Shown here: positions 61,107-64,000 of the stretch, in pieces | How positions within the stretch are numbered: the first letter of the stretch is position 1 | Layout of the letters: every line of letters starts with the position of its first letter | IMG/VR virus record: IMGVR_UViG_3300023179_000093 | Span: 8,082-72,081 of that record | Source of the DNA: a virus | Length of the DNA: 64,000 nt | Reading direction: 5' to 3' (one strand) | Translations under genes and position numbers: made by a program | The notes under the pieces: model-generated | The model's input: the letters and a program-made list of their open reading frames with translations, nothing else | What the model was told of the DNA's origin: nothing | The model's database searches: none

Positions 61107-64000
61107 ATGGCCACTACAAAAATAGAGCTCCCTAATGAAGGGAGGGTGACGGACATAAGTGTGTCAAGCCCCGAGGAGCAGTATTTAAGGGCTTTGGCCA
61201 GAGACACATTTTCCAATCAGCAAACCGAAAACAACCCAATCGATCTGGGGGATATTTGGGAAGAAGACCCTCAAACTCAAGAAACCAACAAAACGGAAAA
61301 CCCATTTCTAGCCATTGATTTAGGTGATATCGGCAAAGACCTAAACCTAACTGAGGAAGAAGCCAAACTAGAAAACCCCTTCCTCAAAACCCCAATGGCC
61401 AATCAAAAGGGGTTTGCGGAATCCATGAAAAAGGCCTGGGATATTGGCCTTCAAAGCGTCGATCTTGACAGAGAAATGTCACGAAAGGCGATGCAGGTTC
61501 TAAATTCTGGCCAAGACCAAGACTTAACTGGGCTTCAAGAAAAGAGACGGCAACTTGCCAAAGAACAGATTTACAACCAAGGCGGGAACATGTTTTCCAG
61601 AGCCTTCCTTGGTGGGGCTCAAATGCTCGGTCCGATGGGTGCTGGAACCGTGGAAGGCCTTAAAAAGGGGGGAGAAGCTGGTCTAGCAGCCTTTGTGGCT
61701 ACCTCTCCGGCTTTGGCTGTCCCAGGGGCAGGAGAGGCTATTACTGGGCCAGTCTCGATGGCGGCTTTTGAGCTTGGGAACTTGCAAGGCTCTTATAGCT
61801 ACTGGACGGAACAGGGAATTGGACAAGTCTTTGCCGATGCGGTTGACCTAGGAGCTAACCAAAAAACTGCGGCTAAGGTAGCCTCGTATGTTGGCCCTCT
61901 TTACGCAGCCGTTGAATACTCTCAGGTTCAAGGGTTGGTAAAAGCGGCTACTGGGAAAAACCTAAAAAAATCAATTTTAAAAGCCACCCTTCCGTTTCTC
62001 CTTAAAGCTGGAGAAAATATCCTTACGGAAAGCCTCGAGGAAGGAGTACAGGGCGGTACGACGCAAGCTGGTTTGGAATACGCAAAATCCGAAGAAGAGC
62101 TAATTAAGAAAGGAGCGGCTACCGGTCTTAAAGATGTTGTGGCCAATATGGATCTTGGGGAATCAGCCAAGAACATCCTCACTCAAGCCGCCGATGATTT
62201 TGTTTCCAGCATCGGGCCAATGGCTGCTTTGGGTGGGACAGCTTCCGCTATTGGAGGGGTAAAGTCATCTGTTGCCTGGGGAACACGAAAGATAGCCAGC
62301 GGAGAGCTAGACAAACTTTCTGAACAGCGTTCCAAGCTCCAAGCCTCGGGGGCTCCGCAAACGGCTCAAGCGGTGGTGGATGTTAACCTCAACGCTCCTA
62401 AACTTGACGAAGACCCGGCTCTTGAGGAAGACCTTGAGAAAGCTGGTCAATCGGAAAAAGCTCAAGAAGCCACACCCACCGAAAGTCCTCTTGATGCTCA
62501 GAACACCCTTGAGGCCGCAAAAGCCTGGTCAAAGATCCGATCGAAACAACCAATCTCACAGGATGAGGTCAAACGATTTAACTTTATGCTTTCAGACAGC
62601 TGGAAGCTCAACACGGAGACGGGAAACTTTGAATTCCAAGGAGCACCTAATGAAGCACAAGAGGGAGAAGCAACTGCAACGCCAGAAGCTACGCCAGCAG
62701 CAGAGCCAATCCAAGCCCCAGAAGCTCAAGCTCAAGCCGTCGCTCCTACTCAAACCGAGCAACCAAAAGCTTCTCAACAAGGTCAAGAGGCAGTCGCTCC
62801 TGCATTAACTCCAGAAGTTAAGCTTGAGGAAATACCCTACAAAGATAATTTAGAATGGGATACGGCTACTCAAGCCGTAAAGAAAACCAGCGGAAAATCA
62901 AAAATAGTTCGTTTTGCGGATCGAGAGATGGTGCTTGTAGATGTTAATGGGATTAAGATCCCATTTTACAGATCAACTGGAAAAGCGGGTAAGAAAAAAG
63001 TAAAAGCCGATAAATGGTATCCAGTTTTCGGTATTGCCAAAGATGGTTGGATCAACAAGGGAACTCAAGAGCAAATGAACGCTCACTACGGTTCCCCAGA
63101 GTTAAAAGCGATTGCAGAGAGGTTAGACGCACAACTTGGCGCACAAACAAACGGAAAACCAGTAGGGTTAAAAGCGGTTGAAAGCTCAATCAATAAGGGG
63201 TTAGCTAAAATCGGGGTAACGCCAGTTGAGAATGGACTACCCGAGACTCCTAAAAGATTACAACAAAACATACAAAAAGTTGTTCAAGCAATTCAAAAAG
63301 AAAAAACTCAATCTAAGGTTGAGAACTCTAAAACCAAGGCGTCTATAGCTCAGGCCACCAAAGAACTTCCTCAGCCAGAGCTACCAAAATGGGAGGATGT
63401 CCAGAAGAACAAGAATAAGATCAGATTCCTCAAGAAAGCTTTTGATGCCGCAAACGCCAGACTTCCAAAAGAAAGTCAGCTTACGGCAAAGGTTGGATGG
63501 AAACGCAAAGACTATCTGTCTGGCCTAGAAAAGATCTATGGGCAAATCTCGCAGCTTGAATACGCAAGGCCAGAGCCACAGGTAGAAGCCAAACCAGAAA
63601 CTACCCAGCAAAAGCCTTCCGAGGCCGACGAAAAAGCCGCCAAAAAGAAAGCTCGGCTTGCGAGTCTGGTAAAAGTCTTTAACAACCCCAACCTCGATGG
63701 GGAACAAACAATTTTCCGTGATCTTGCAATGGACCTGCTTCGTTCCGTCGCCGGTCAAGTGGCAAGGAGATTTTCCAATGTGCCTGGAGCCGAGGGCGAA
63801 ATCTACGACAGGACCCTAGCCAGAATTGCCAGACAAATTAAGAACTCGGTTGACCGCAAAACACCAGTTCTCTTCAACAAGAAGGGCGAGGCTCTCCCAG
63901 TCACGAGGGATAATGTTTCCAAGTGGATTGGGTTTGCCGCCGATTCAGCCGCTCTTGATGCGGCAAGGGAGCGGGATGCTCGCCGTGAGTTGTCGGCAAA
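61107..64000 (+). CDS. Giant internal virion/ejection protein; 3'-truncated, absent from the ORF track
   Basis: ATG 61107 (MATTKIEL...); same frame reads as protein at 62379 and at the window end; 'E..EE..Q' motif and Gly/Ala hydrophobic patches. Confidence 0.8.
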   Translation, partial: MATTKIELPNEGRVTDISVSSPEEQYLRALARDTFSNQQTENNPIDLGDIWEEDPQTQETNKTENPFLAIDLGDIGKDLNLTEEEAKLENPFLKTPMANQKGFAESMKKAWDIGLQSVDLDREMSRKAMQVLNSGQDQDLTGLQEKRRQLAKEQIYNQGGNMFSRAFLGGAQMLGPMGAGTVEGLKKGGEAGLAAFVATSPALAVPGAGEAITGPVSMAAFELGNLQGSYSYWTEQGIGQVFADAVDLGANQKTAAKVASYVGPLYAAVEYSQVQGLVKAATGKNLKKSILKATLPFLLKAGENILTESLEEGVQGGTTQAGLEYAKSEEELIKKGAATGLKDVVANMDLGESAKNILTQAADDFVSSIGPMAALGGTASAIGGVKSSVAWGTRKIASGELDKLSEQRSKLQASGAPQTAQAVVDVNLNAPKLDEDPALEEDLEKAGQSEKAQEATPTESPLDAQNTLEAAKAWSKIRSKQPISQDEVKRFNFMLSDSWKLNTETGNFEFQGAPNEAQEGEATATPEATPAAEPIQAPEAQAQAVAPTQTEQPKASQQGQEAVAPALTPEVKLEEIPYKDNLEWDTATQAVKKTSGKSKIVRFADREMVLVDVNGIKIPFYRSTGKAGKKKVKADKWYPVFGIAKDGWINKGTQEQMNAHYGSPELKAIAERLDAQLGAQTNGKPVGLKAVESSINKGLAKIGVTPVENGLPETPKRLQQNIQKVVQAIQKEKTQSKVENSKTKASIAQATKELPQPELPKWEDVQKNKNKIRFLKKAFDAANARLPKESQLTAKVGWKRKDYLSGLEKIYGQISQLEYARPEPQVEAKPETTQQKPSEADEKAAKKKARLASLVKVFNNPNLDGEQTIFRDLAMDLLRSVAGQVARRFSNVPGAEGEIYDRTLARIARQIKNSVDRKTPVLFNKKGEALPVTRDNVSKWIGFAADSAALDAARERDARRELSA

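Larger units (their letters stand above)
1..64000. mobile_element. Temperate podovirus-like bacteriophage genome (partial or circularly permuted)
   Basis: Terminase, portal, scaffold, capsid, tail, lysis, PolA/primase/helicase and integrase genes in modular order; no cellular housekeeping genes; no tape measure or sheath gene seen. Confidence 0.95.

Overview
The window is most of the genome of a temperate, podovirus-like tailed dsDNA phage. The host is probably in the PVC superphylum (Verrucomicrobia-like); this is inferred from the integrase and att style only. Layout: the tail end of a giant virion/ejection protein plus small accessory genes (1-3.3 kb); a leftward early/accessory arm (3.3-18 kb) with a C5 methyltransferase, a Gp88-like protein, DUF6915/DUF6878-like genes and an AAA+/VWA pair; a terminase small subunit and small basic genes; a repeat-rich putative origin (19.4-19.7 kb); a leftward replication arm (primase-helicase, PolA, SSB, Cas4-like nuclease, SF2 helicase, RuvC-like); a lysogeny module (Xis, two RHH proteins, tyrosine integrase, attP); then rightward terminase, portal, scaffold, capsid, lysis, tail and ejection genes. 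The most notable observations are: (1) a two-subunit C5 methyltransferase with the second subunit nested out of frame inside the first; (2) an integrase whose catalytic Tyr lies beyond a 1-nt frameshift, next to an attP carrying a tRNA-5'-end-like core; (3) a recurring promoter type with a 15-bp spacer sitting almost on start codons; (4) a structured capsid 5' leader; (5) an AAA/VWA-peptidase/DUF6878/DUF6915 cluster. Family names are from motif recognition by eye, not database searches. No CRISPR array, rRNA, complete tRNA or reverse transcriptase was seen.
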